A program made the position numbers and the translations under genes. Shown here piece after piece: positions 16,619 to 26,700 of a DNA stretch of 45,596 nucleotides. The notes below the pieces were generated by a model. That model was not told where the DNA came from, ran no database searches, and saw nothing but the letters and a program-made list of their open reading frames with translations. Within the stretch, counting starts at the first letter, position 1. Every line of letters starts with the position of its first letter. This stretch comes from a virus. Its lineage: Duplodnaviria; Heunggongvirae; Uroviricota; Caudoviricetes. Where the stretch lies: positions 1 to 45,596 of the IMG/VR virus record IMGVR_UViG_2778261121_000003, one strand, 5' to 3'.

Positions 16619-19600
16619 ATGTCACAAAACGTAGAGTTTATCCTGTCGCTGGAAGACAAACAGTTTACAGCGTCAATCGATCGTGCGGGGAAACTGCTTA
16701 CTCGATTTGGTGAGCAGGTAACAAAGCCTGCTCAAAAAATCCAAACCTTTGAACGCTCTTTGGGTTCGGTCGCCCGTATCATTGGCGTTCTGGAAAGCAA
16801 GCTCGATTCTACGGCAGATAAACTACAGGATGTAGCTGCCGGTTTTGAGCTTGCTTCAGATGCTACGCGTAAAATGCGTGGCAACATCACCAGCCTCAAT
16901 TCTGGTCTTAAAGTCCTGATTGAGCGCGTCGATACGACAACTTCTTCAGTAGATAAACTCACCGCGTCATTACGTAAAGTGCAATCAGAGCTAAATGATT
17001 TCTCTGATTGGGCGACCTATGCAAGCAAAAGCGCAAGCCGCTTTGGAACGGAGGTCAAAGAAGCCTCTGCGTCCGTGAGTGGCATGAATACGCGCCTTAA
17101 TACCACGACGAAGCGACTCAGTAATTGGGGTGTCACAACGAGTCAGGCTGCCGAGGGACTGAAAAAGGTTCGTGAGCAGATGGACGAAGTTATCGGACGT
17201 CAGCAACTGATTAGCAAGCCGGTACGCGTTCGTACATCTGTAAGTGGCGATGGTGGTAGCGGGCGGCGTAGCGGCGCTTCTGGCCACAGCGGTAAAAATA
17301 ACGAAGGAGGTATGTTCTCTGGCCTTCGTGGCAACATTTTCCTGCTTGGCGAGATCGGAGATGCAGCCAGAACGGTTACTGACATCATGTTTGGGTGGCA
17401 GAAGCCTATTGTTGAAGCTGCGGCCGAAATGGAACGTATGCGGGTGATGCTTCGAGGGTTGAATAAGGAGAAGTCCAACCCTGGACAGGCTGCCGCCGAT
17501 GATATGAAGTACATCGTGGATATGGCTAAGAGCGCCCCATTTGCGATGGAAGCTCTAACCGATTCGTTCGTTAAATTCCGCTCAGCAGGATTAGATCCAA
17601 CAGATGGCTCTTTAAAGACTCTTGTCGATTCCGTTGCTCGTTTTGGTGGGGATAGCGAACTTCTGAAGCGTGCATCCATTGCTGTTCAGCAGATGTCTGG
17701 TAAGGGTGTTGTATCGATGGAAGAGCTTCGCCAGCAATTAGGTGAGGCGATTCCGACAGCAATGAACGCAATGGCCAAGGCTGCTGGTCTGACAATGGGC
17801 GAGTTAACTAAAGCTGTAGCATCTGGAACGGTAGAAGCCAAAAACGCACTGGCACTTATGTTCAAAGAGTTGAAGATGCAGAACGAGGGGGCTGCGTCCG
17901 AAATGATGAACACTTTTACCGGTACGTTGGCGCAGATGCAGACGGCCTTTACGCTATTTGCGGATAAAGTTGGCCAAGCTGGTTATTTGTCCTCTTTAAA
18001 AGAGGGGATGAAAGAACTTACCTCTTTGATGAATAGCACAGATGGTATGTCTTTTGCTCACTCATTGGGAAGTGGATTGACAACGGCTGTGGATGGCTTG
18101 CGTGATTTGGCAATGTGGCTGATTAAAAATCAAGAACTGGTCATTGCCTTCGGCAAGGTAGTAGCTGCTATGGTGGCCTTTAAGCTACTTAAGGCTGGTA
18201 TTTCTGGAGTTATAGGAACTGCCAGTCAGATGACGTCTGCTTTTGCGAATATGTCTACCACTATACAAGGGACATTTAATCTCGCTTCCACAGCCGTTAA
18301 ACGATTTAATCGGGCAGCGAGCATGGGGCTATCACCTATACCATCTTTAATCTTCGCTATTCGTAATGCGTTCAGTGGATTGGTTGCGTTCATGGCCGCA
18401 AATCCGATAGGTTTTGCTTTTACCGCAGCAGTAACAGCAGTGTCATCGCTGATTTTTTACATGCAGGTACTCAGAGGAAAAATTGAGGATGTCGTAAATA
18501 AAGTCAGAGAGATACCTGAAGCAATGACGGCGGCAGATCGCGCGATGCTGGAGTCTGCAAAGCGAGAGAAAGATCGTCAGATCAGCAAGCTAGAGAAGGA
18601 GGTAACAACAGGTAAACGATCACAGGTTTCAAGAGATGGGCTGGTTTATGAAACAGATGTTGACGTTAACAGCACCAAACAACAACTTGAAAACCTAAAG
18701 AAAGAACGCGATGACATAGCTAAAACACTTGGCGAAGGCATTGAGAAGAGCGTCTATAAAAGCGTCACCAAAGGTTTAGACGATGCAATTGCCGAAGTAA
18801 ACCAGAAGGCAAACGTCTCTTTGGTTGCAAATGCTAAGGAGTTGGAGCAGCTTAACAAGAAGAATGAGGAGATTGCCGGCAGAACTGACCTATCTGATCA
18901 CGAGAAGAGTCAATTAAGAGCCGCGAATAACGCAAAAATCGAGCGTTTATATTCTGAGGCGGATCTTCAAAAACTCAAAGGTTATCAGGATATTCAGAAG
19001 GGTATTCTTAATGATCTTGTTAACTTAAATGAGGATTTTAAAAAGGCTACAACGGCAAATAATACTGAACAGCTCAAAGAAATTCAGGCTCGGATTGATG
19101 CTCAGATAGCTAACAAGAAATCGATAGAAGAGCAGATCGAAAATGTTACGACCAGCCTTAGTGTGAAAGCTGGTAGCGGTCTTAAGTCAATTAATGGCGG
19201 TAAAATTGGTGAGTTTTCAAGCACACCAGTTGATGCTAATTCCAAAACTATGACTGGTTTTTGGAAACAGCAGATGGACTCTAAAAGGTATCAAAGAGTC
19301 AATCTAGATGGTTCCGCATTATACGACTTACAAGGTCAACCTGTTGTTGGGCCTCGACAACTCAAGGAGCAATTAAGACAGAAGAAAATTTACGGTGATG
19401 TGAAATTAGAGCAGTTGTCAGAAAATGACCGCATCGCAGTAATTAAGACTCTGACAAAAGCTCGTGAACTTGATGCTGAAGCAGCGGATAAGGCAGCAAA
19501 CCGTACCGCAAAAGCAGCCGAGAGAGCAGCAAAGAAAGAACAGGCAGCGCAACAGAAACTGGCAGCCGGATACCAGAAGGCTCTGGACAAAGCCGATCAG

Positions 19601-21184
19601 CTTATGGGGCAAATGGGTGAAAGCTCTAAGGCTACGGTATCGTTTGATCAGTCTCTTCGCGATACAACGAAATCGCTAACTGATTTGGCTAATGCGGTTC
19701 CTAACGAGTTCATCACTCAAGAGATGATCGACAAGGCGAAAAAACGTCTTGAAGACCTCAAAAATGCGACACCTGAATATCGCGAGATGTTTAATCGCCG
19801 CAATGTTGAGCAGATGATCTCCACTTGGGCACCGGAGGCGGATTCCATTATTAGTGCTGGCTATACGCCGTCTCGTGAAGAGAAAGTTGCTGATTTCGAA
19901 GACACCTACAACCGCAATCTCAAAGCGTTGATAGAACTTCGTGATAAGGCGTCTGATCCTAAAGTCGTGGCGCTTTATACAAAGAAAATCAATCAACTGA
20001 TTGCTGCTGGCAATACCGCGCTTATTAAAGAGACGGGGACCGCGACGCAGAAGTTGGCACTGGAATACGAAAACCTGGCAGAGCAGATCGAAAGCACCTG
20101 GACTGATTTGTTTAGTGGCTTAACTGATGTCCTGACTGATTTCGTTATTAACGGGAAGATGAGTTTCTCCAGCCTATCTCAGTCCATTTTGAAAGATATC
20201 ACCAATATGGTCGTGAAGTCGCAGATCACGCTGCCTCTAATGAACATGTTGGGGATGGGAACCACCGCAGCTGGTAGTTCACAGAGTGGTAATTTGCTGA
20301 CCGGGGTTGCTTCCGCCGTTGCCAATCAAGGGGTACGAATGGGCAACACTGTTAACGGCGACAAGTCGGTAGGAGAAGCCACGAAGGAGACGTCCAGTTC
20401 GGTAACTGGATTGGGGCAAACAACACAGCAGACCACCAGCGCAATTGGCACAGCAACAAATGCGATTGGTAGCTGGGTATCGGGGCTATTTGATAGCACC
20501 GAAGCCAAAGATGCTGAGACAAAAGCAGTGAAGGATTCCATCTTCTCGATGCAGAACCTCAGCTCTGTTACCGGTGCTCTGTCTGCCGCGTTTGCAATGC
20601 TTGGAGCTAATGCTTCCGGCTCTGGTAATAAGTGGTTGAATTTCGGCGCGACAGTTGCATCTGGGTTGGTTTCAGTATGGGCAGGTGGTGGTTTCGACAG
20701 TGTGACATCAAGCTCTGCTAAAACCGCAACCAGCAGTGTGACATCAAGTTCTGCTAAAACCGCAACTAGCAGTGTGGCTGACGGAACTAAAGGCATTCCT
20801 GCAATCCCGAAGTTTGCAAATGGAGGAATATTCGGAAAAGACGGCGTGATCCCGCTCCGGGCATACCAGAAAGGCGGTATCGCCAACTCACCTCAATTGG
20901 CGTTGTTTGGGGAAGGCGATATGAATGAGGCGTATGTTCCATTGCCTGATGGTCGAACAATCCCTGTAACGCTCAGTACCGATGGTATGAGTGGAGGCGG
21001 AAATGTTCTTTCTCCTGTATCAATTGAGATCAATGTCCATAGTGACGGTAGCACAACTGAATCCGGCGATACAGAAAGCATATGGAACAATGCCGCTCAA
21101 CGGGTGAAAGCCGTCGTACTTGAGACTATCGCTCAAGAAAAACGCCCTGGCGGATCACTCAACCCAAACACTCAACGTAACTAA
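16619..21184 (+). CDS. tail tape measure protein
   Basis: About 1520 aa, long alpha-helical/coiled-coil composition with Gly/Ser-rich C-terminal region; canonical position after G/GT; start could instead be the TTG at 16598. Confidence 0.9.
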   Translation: MSQNVEFILSLEDKQFTASIDRAGKLLTRFGEQVTKPAQKIQTFERSLGSVARIIGVLESKLDSTADKLQDVAAGFELASDATRKMRGNITSLNSGLKVLIERVDTTTSSVDKLTASLRKVQSELNDFSDWATYASKSASRFGTEVKEASASVSGMNTRLNTTTKRLSNWGVTTSQAAEGLKKVREQMDEVIGRQQLISKPVRVRTSVSGDGGSGRRSGASGHSGKNNEGGMFSGLRGNIFLLGEIGDAARTVTDIMFGWQKPIVEAAAEMERMRVMLRGLNKEKSNPGQAAADDMKYIVDMAKSAPFAMEALTDSFVKFRSAGLDPTDGSLKTLVDSVARFGGDSELLKRASIAVQQMSGKGVVSMEELRQQLGEAIPTAMNAMAKAAGLTMGELTKAVASGTVEAKNALALMFKELKMQNEGAASEMMNTFTGTLAQMQTAFTLFADKVGQAGYLSSLKEGMKELTSLMNSTDGMSFAHSLGSGLTTAVDGLRDLAMWLIKNQELVIAFGKVVAAMVAFKLLKAGISGVIGTASQMTSAFANMSTTIQGTFNLASTAVKRFNRAASMGLSPIPSLIFAIRNAFSGLVAFMAANPIGFAFTAAVTAVSSLIFYMQVLRGKIEDVVNKVREIPEAMTAADRAMLESAKREKDRQISKLEKEVTTGKRSQVSRDGLVYETDVDVNSTKQQLENLKKERDDIAKTLGEGIEKSVYKSVTKGLDDAIAEVNQKANVSLVANAKELEQLNKKNEEIAGRTDLSDHEKSQLRAANNAKIERLYSEADLQKLKGYQDIQKGILNDLVNLNEDFKKATTANNTEQLKEIQARIDAQIANKKSIEEQIENVTTSLSVKAGSGLKSINGGKIGEFSSTPVDANSKTMTGFWKQQMDSKRYQRVNLDGSALYDLQGQPVVGPRQLKEQLRQKKIYGDVKLEQLSENDRIAVIKTLTKARELDAEAADKAANRTAKAAERAAKKEQAAQQKLAAGYQKALDKADQLMGQMGESSKATVSFDQSLRDTTKSLTDLANAVPNEFITQEMIDKAKKRLEDLKNATPEYREMFNRRNVEQMISTWAPEADSIISAGYTPSREEKVADFEDTYNRNLKALIELRDKASDPKVVALYTKKINQLIAAGNTALIKETGTATQKLALEYENLAEQIESTWTDLFSGLTDVLTDFVINGKMSFSSLSQSILKDITNMVVKSQITLPLMNMLGMGTTAAGSSQSGNLLTGVASAVANQGVRMGNTVNGDKSVGEATKETSSSVTGLGQTTQQTTSAIGTATNAIGSWVSGLFDSTEAKDAETKAVKDSIFSMQNLSSVTGALSAAFAMLGANASGSGNKWLNFGATVASGLVSVWAGGGFDSVTSSSAKTATSSVTSSSAKTATSSVADGTKGIPAIPKFANGGIFGKDGVIPLRAYQKGGIANSPQLALFGEGDMNEAYVPLPDGRTIPVTLSTDGMSGGGNVLSPVSIEINVHSDGSTTESGDTESIWNNAAQRVKAVVLETIAQEKRPGGSLNPNTQRN

Positions 21185-21226
21185 CTATCGACTGCCCCGA
21201 CGGGGGCAGCCTCACAAGGATGTGAG

Positions 21227-21562
21227 ATGGAAAGACAAACGTTTAATTGGTATCCAGATTACGAATCTGAAAAAAGCGTAAAACCGAATGTAACGGTACT
21301 TAATTTTGGTGATGACTATGAGCAGCGACAGGCTCAGGGTCTTAATCGTATTAAAGAAGAATGGTCGTTAACCTTTACCAGATCATACAACGAAATTAAT
21401 GCAATCGATGACTTCCTGACTGAGCGAGCAGGCGTTGAGTCGTTCTATTGGGTTAATCCAAGAGGAAAACGGATTGTAGTTGTATGCGACAGTCATACGG
21501 TCAAGCGATATCAAGGGTACGCAGTATTAACCGCTCCATTCAGACAAGTATTTGAGGTTTAA
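21227..21562 (+). CDS. minor tail protein (lambda gpM-like)
   Basis: 111 aa; LNFGDDYEQRQAQGLN resembles the lambda M motif RFGDGYSQRAPAGLN; canonical position after the tape measure. Confidence 0.9.
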   Translation: MERQTFNWYPDYESEKSVKPNVTVLNFGDDYEQRQAQGLNRIKEEWSLTFTRSYNEINAIDDFLTERAGVESFYWVNPRGKRIVVVCDSHTVKRYQGYAVLTAPFRQVFEV

Positions 21563-21568
21563 GTATCT

Positions 21569-21592
21569 GGATAAGTAAGTACTAATTTACTA
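21569..21592 (+). promoter_or_regulatory. conserved intergenic motif (GGATAAGTAAGTACTAATTTACTA)
   Basis: Motif-family member followed by a GC hairpin (GGCGCT...AGCGCC) and the L-like gene. Confidence 0.35.
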
Positions 21593-21644
21593 TCATTGTG
21601 GCGCTGACAGGATGTTAGCGCCTACTTATTTCAAGGATGAAACA

Positions 21645-22343
21645 ATGGGAATTAAAGCTGATATTCAGAGCTTATCTCCCTCTGCACTCATTGAGTTGTT
21701 CGTACTGGATATGTCGAACACAACTTCAGGGGGGGAGCTGTTCTTCCACGCCGGAACAAACGAACTGATGCAACCGGTCGTTTGGCAAGGAGTGACATAC
21801 GAGCCGTGGCCAATCAAAGCATCAGGCTTTGACAAAACTGGCCAGGGAACGTTGCCACGTCCAAAAATTCAGGTATCGAACTTTGCCGGAATCGTCTCTG
21901 CGGAAGTTCAGGCAAACGACGATCTCGTTGGCTGCCGCATTATTCGCAAGATGACGCTGGCTCGCTTCCTCGATGCCGTTAATTTTAAAGACGGCAACCC
22001 AACAGCAGATCCAAACCAACATTTCCCGGATGAAATGTGGTTTATCGAACAGAAAACTCTCGAAACTCATCAGGTTGTCGAGTTTGAATTGTCCAGTGTG
22101 TTCGATTTGATGGGGGTGCAACTGCCGTATCGTCAGATCATTAAAAACACCTGCCCGTGGAAATACCGAGGGCCAGAATGCGGCTATACCGGCCCATATT
22201 TCGACAAAAATAACCAGCAGACGTCTATGTCTGGTGCGGATTACTGCACAAAACGTTATGACGCCTGTAATGCGCGTCGGAATTATTTTGCCAACGGTGT
22301 GATCCATTTTGGCGGGTTTATTGGAGCTACGCGGTATGGGTAA
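21645..22343 (+). CDS. minor tail protein (lambda gpL-like, Fe-S cysteine motif)
   Basis: ARFLDAVNF and CPWKYRGPECGYTGP closely resemble lambda L (ARFLDAVNF / CTWTYRGDECGYSGP); preferred start ATG 21645 with AAGGA SD (track start 21612). Confidence 0.9.
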   Translation: MGIKADIQSLSPSALIELFVLDMSNTTSGGELFFHAGTNELMQPVVWQGVTYEPWPIKASGFDKTGQGTLPRPKIQVSNFAGIVSAEVQANDDLVGCRIIRKMTLARFLDAVNFKDGNPTADPNQHFPDEMWFIEQKTLETHQVVEFELSSVFDLMGVQLPYRQIIKNTCPWKYRGPECGYTGPYFDKNNQQTSMSGADYCTKRYDACNARRNYFANGVIHFGGFIGATRYG

Positions 22344-23133
22344 TAAAGCAATCCCTGAGCTTGGCTCTGACGTTATGCAGCAAATCTATCTCTGCGCCAT
22401 AAATCGCTACCCTAATGAAGCGTGTGGCTTTCTGGTTAGAACTAATGGCGACAAATATCGATTTATGGAAGCGCGGAATGTTTCGGAGAACCCGCAGAAC
22501 ACTTTTGTAATGCACGTTGACGACATTATGGCGGCAGAGGATGCGGGTGATGTTATCGCAATCTGGCATTCACATACTGATGAATCAGCAGAAGCATCTG
22601 ATGCCGATCGTGCAGGCTGCGAAGCGACGGAAGTTCCGTGGATGATTCTGGCTATTCGCAAGAATGTTGAGGGAGATGCCCCTTTCCATTTTAGCGAGAT
22701 GAATGTGATCACACCTGATGGTTTCGAAATGCCATACCTGGGCAGACCGTATGTATTTGGCGTATTCGATTGCTGGATGTTGTGTCGGGACTATTTGAAG
22801 CGTGAGTTTAACGTCGAACTAAACCCGAACGCACACCTGCATATTCCATCGTGGTACACCGGCGATAACGACATTCTCGACCAGAACTACCGAAACGAAG
22901 GATTGGTACGGCTTGCGCCCGGAACAGAACCTCAACGTGGGGACGTCTTCTTTATCCAATACGGGAAAATGCCTGACCACTGCGCGGTTTATATCGGCGA
23001 TGGGATGATTCTTCATCACCAGATCGACCGCCTAAGTTGTCGTGCTTATTACGGCGGAATGTATCAGAAACATACGACGCATCACTTGCGTCACAGAGAC
23101 TTGCTCAAGGGAGATGAGACGTGTCTGAGTTAG
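22309..23133 (+). CDS. tail tip assembly protein (lambda gpK-like; JAMM/MPN plus NlpC/P60 domains)
   Basis: HSHTDESAEASDADRAG (JAMM-type HxH...D) and FDCWMLCRDYL (NlpC/P60-type catalytic Cys); start uncertain (22309, 22336 or 22375). Confidence 0.85.
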   Translation: MAGLLELRGMGNKAIPELGSDVMQQIYLCAINRYPNEACGFLVRTNGDKYRFMEARNVSENPQNTFVMHVDDIMAAEDAGDVIAIWHSHTDESAEASDADRAGCEATEVPWMILAIRKNVEGDAPFHFSEMNVITPDGFEMPYLGRPYVFGVFDCWMLCRDYLKREFNVELNPNAHLHIPSWYTGDNDILDQNYRNEGLVRLAPGTEPQRGDVFFIQYGKMPDHCAVYIGDGMILHHQIDRLSCRAYYGGMYQKHTTHHLRHRDLLKGDETCLS

Positions 23134-23714
23134 TTCATGTGCAGCTTGGCGGCCCTATGGCCAAACATTTTGGCCGCCACTGGCATCTAAAGGTGCGTAA
23201 TACAAAACAGGCTCTGGATTTAATTGAGGCCAACAAGCCTGGGTTTAAAGCATGGATGAAGCGCAACATCAAAACCTATGACAGATACCACATCCAGATC
23301 ACCAATAAACAGGGCCACAAGTGGTCTGTGGACGAGAGTGAATATCAGATGATGGGGCAGTCTGAAAGCATTGCCAAAATTCGCATTACCCCTGTTCCGC
23401 GAGGAAGTGGCGGATCTGCTTTTGGGTGGTTTCAGACGGTTGTTGGAGCCACTTTATTGGTGGCATCTTTTTTTGGCTTGCCCGCTCTTGCCCCTCTCGG
23501 TTTGTCACTGATGATGGGCGGTATATCACAAATCATATCGCCGCAAGCCACTAACGAAAGTGTGAGACAGGCAGATAACTCGAACTCTTATTATTTCGAC
23601 GGCCCTCAAAATACAGAAAACCAGGGCAATCCAGTACAACTTATCTACGGCGAGGAAATTCTGGTTGGCTCACAGGTTGTGAGTTCTTCAATCACGATTG
23701 ACCAGCTAATGTAA
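23121..23714 (+). CDS. tail assembly protein (lambda gpI-like)
   Basis: 197 aa; hydrophobic Gly-rich C-terminal segment (VVGATLLVASFFGLPALAPLGLSLMMGG) typical of gpI; position between K-like and J-like genes. Confidence 0.8.
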   Translation: MSELVHVQLGGPMAKHFGRHWHLKVRNTKQALDLIEANKPGFKAWMKRNIKTYDRYHIQITNKQGHKWSVDESEYQMMGQSESIAKIRITPVPRGSGGSAFGWFQTVVGATLLVASFFGLPALAPLGLSLMMGGISQIISPQATNESVRQADNSNSYYFDGPQNTENQGNPVQLIYGEEILVGSQVVSSSITIDQLM

Positions 23715-23732
23715 ACAAGGATTTTTTTGAAC

Positions 23733-26700
23733 ATGGAACAGTTCAAGAAGAAAAAGTTACCGCTGTTTATTGCAGGTGCGGGTGGTAAAAAAAGCAGCAA
23801 AAGCTCTAGCCGTACACCGGTTGAAGCCGACGATACCGTAAATTCTCGTGCAATGGCCGCTATCCTCGATCTTCTTGGGGAAGGGGTAATTGGCGGCTTG
23901 GTAAATGGCGCAAGATCTATTTTTATCGACGATCTGCCGATTGTAAATGAAGACGGTTCCTCCAACTTCAGCGGAATCACATGGGATTTTCGCGACGGTT
24001 CGCAAGACCAGACTCCAATGTCTGGCTTTGATTTCGTTGAAACGCCTAAATCCGTCAATATCCAGTTAAAAAAAACACATTATGTAACGGTTTCAATCGA
24101 TAACGATGAAGCTGATCGGGTTCGTGTCATCATGAAGTTTCCTTCTTTGCGAAGCATAGATAAAAAAACTGGTGACACGAACGGTACAACCGTTGAGTAC
24201 AAGTTCCAGATAGCAAATGGCGACTCAACATTTGTAGATGTGGTCGCAGAAGGTGAAAAAAGCGTTGGCATTAAGCTAACTGCAAAGAAGACAGGTGTTT
24301 ATTACCGTAGCTATGAGCTGAAGCTGCCTAAGCCTGGACGCGCGTACAAGGTTCGTGTAGTCCGTATTACCGATGATAACAGCAGCCAGTATCTCTATAA
24401 CGATACATGGGTGGACTCAATAGGTGAGATTGTAGATACACCGATGAACTACCCAAACTCTGTGCTGGTGGGTCTGAAGATTAATTCTGAGCAATTTGGT
24501 AGCACCATGCCATCTCGTTCGTATTTGGTGCGTGGATTAAAAATTCGCGTGCCGTCAAACTACAACGAGGCAAGCAACACTTATGATGGTGTATGGGATG
24601 GCACTTTTAAGCTGTTGTCTTCTTCAAACCCTGCGTGGATTCTCTTTGATTTGCTTACCAATGCTCGATATGGCCTTGGTCAGTATGTGTCGGAATCTAT
24701 GATTGACCTCGGCCAGCTATACCAGATCGGTCGATATTGTGACGAAGAGGTTGATGATGGCTTTGGTGGTAAAGAGAAACGCTTTGCAATCAATACGCAG
24801 ATCACCAGTCGACAGGACGCATACCGATTAATTCAGGATATTGCCGGTGCATTCCGCGGTATGGTGTTTTGGGCTGGTGGCATGGTTAACATCATGCAGG
24901 ATAGTCCATCAGATCCGGTAATGATGTTTACCAACTCCAACGTCAAAGATGGACTGTTTACCTATAAAGGTTCTGCGCGTAAAGATCGCCCATCCGTTGC
25001 GCTCGTAACCTACAACAACAAGGAGGACGGTTATAAGCAAAACATCGAGTACGTTGAAGATCAGGACGCAATGCGCCGTTATGGTGAGCGTAAAACAGAA
25101 GTCGTAGCATTTGGATGTACAAGCCGAGGCCAGGCTCACCGAGTTGGTTTGTGGCTTTTGTATACCGCCAGAATGGAGTCGGATGTAATTACATTTACTG
25201 CCGGTTTAGACGCCTCATTTCTGATGCCCGGTGAAACCGTTCTGATTCAGAACAAATATCGTGCAGGTAAACGTAACTCCGGTCGAATTGTGGAGTTTAC
25301 CAAAAACAGCATCACTCTCGATGCGCCTGTGTCGTTAGCTAAAAGCGGGAGCTTTATTCGGATACTGAATCAGGAAGGCAAAATCGTTGAACGCGATGTT
25401 CTTGAAACTGGCGAAAACATAACAAAGGTTACATTTTCAAAAGCCCTGTCGTCAGCTGAAACACCTGTTTTGAACGGTGTCTGGACAATTACAGAACCAG
25501 ATCTCGAACCTATGCGCGTTCGCATCGTTAACATCGCGCAGGGGGAAACTCCGGGTAGCTTTGACATCACCGCTGTTGAGAACAATTCGTCTAAATATGA
25601 GGCTATTGACAATGGTGCAACGCTTATCCCGCAGAATACGACGGTATTGGACCCGACTTACTCCAAGCCATCTAATTTGCAAATCACTGAAGGGACTTAT
25701 CTCTCAAGCCCGGGCAACCTGTCAGTAAAACTGACTGCAACATGGGAAGGGAAATCTCCAGAGTATTGGATCAGTTGGCGACGTTCTGATGAAAACAATG
25801 TATCGAACTGGCAATCGGCGCGTGTAACCGAAGAGCAATACGAAATCGTTAATGTCGCGGAGAATGGACGCTACGACTTCCAACTGTATGCGGTTTCATT
25901 CAACGGTAAAAAAACAGAGATTATCAGTACCGTTTATCAGGTGTTGGGCACGATGACACCGCCGGATGCCCCAACGTCATTAACGGCCGTTGGAGACTAT
26001 CGTAATGTGATACTGAATTGGGTTAATCCAGATTCGGTAGACCTTGATCACATTAATGTTTACGCATCCCAGACCAACAATCTGGATACGGCGAAACTGA
26101 TCGCAGAGTCTGCAAGCACCACCTTTACACATGCTGGTCTTGGGGATAGCGAAACGTGGTATTACTGGGTTCGAGCATCGAACAAGCGCGGCATGTTAAG
26201 TCCTCCGAACTCAAACTTGGGTACAGAGGCGACAACTCGCGATGTACTGTCGTTCCTGGAAGGTAAGATTACATCGTCTGAGCTTGGTCAGGCTCTGCTT
26301 GAGGACATCAACAGCAAAGCCTCTCAGGAAGCAGTTGACGAGTTAAATGAGCATATCAACCAGAGCGTCGAATCTTTGGAGGGGACGGTAAACAACGTTA
26401 AGGAAGATATAGCTGACTTAGAAAAGCAGTTCAGCGACAACATCGCGGACTTTGAAATAACCTTCAATGAGCGCAGCGATGCTTTGGAGAGTGCGCAAAA
26501 CGAGCTTAGAGGTGAGGTTTCTGCAACGATCGATAAGGTCAATGAAGCGTTTGAAAAAATTGATGCTACTAATGCTGCAATTGTTGAAATCGAAAACACC
26601 GTATCTGAACACGATACTGCACTCGCTAACGCAGCCGAGGCGATAAGTGCGGCAAGAAACGAAGCTGCGGCTCTTATTGCTGAGGAGCGCGAGGCTCGTG

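Noticed and set aside
20326-20886. 186-aa minus-strand ORF inside the tape measure gene
   Set aside because: Antisense to the tape measure gene; low-complexity Ala/Val/Pro-rich translation typical of reverse frames of repetitive coding DNA.
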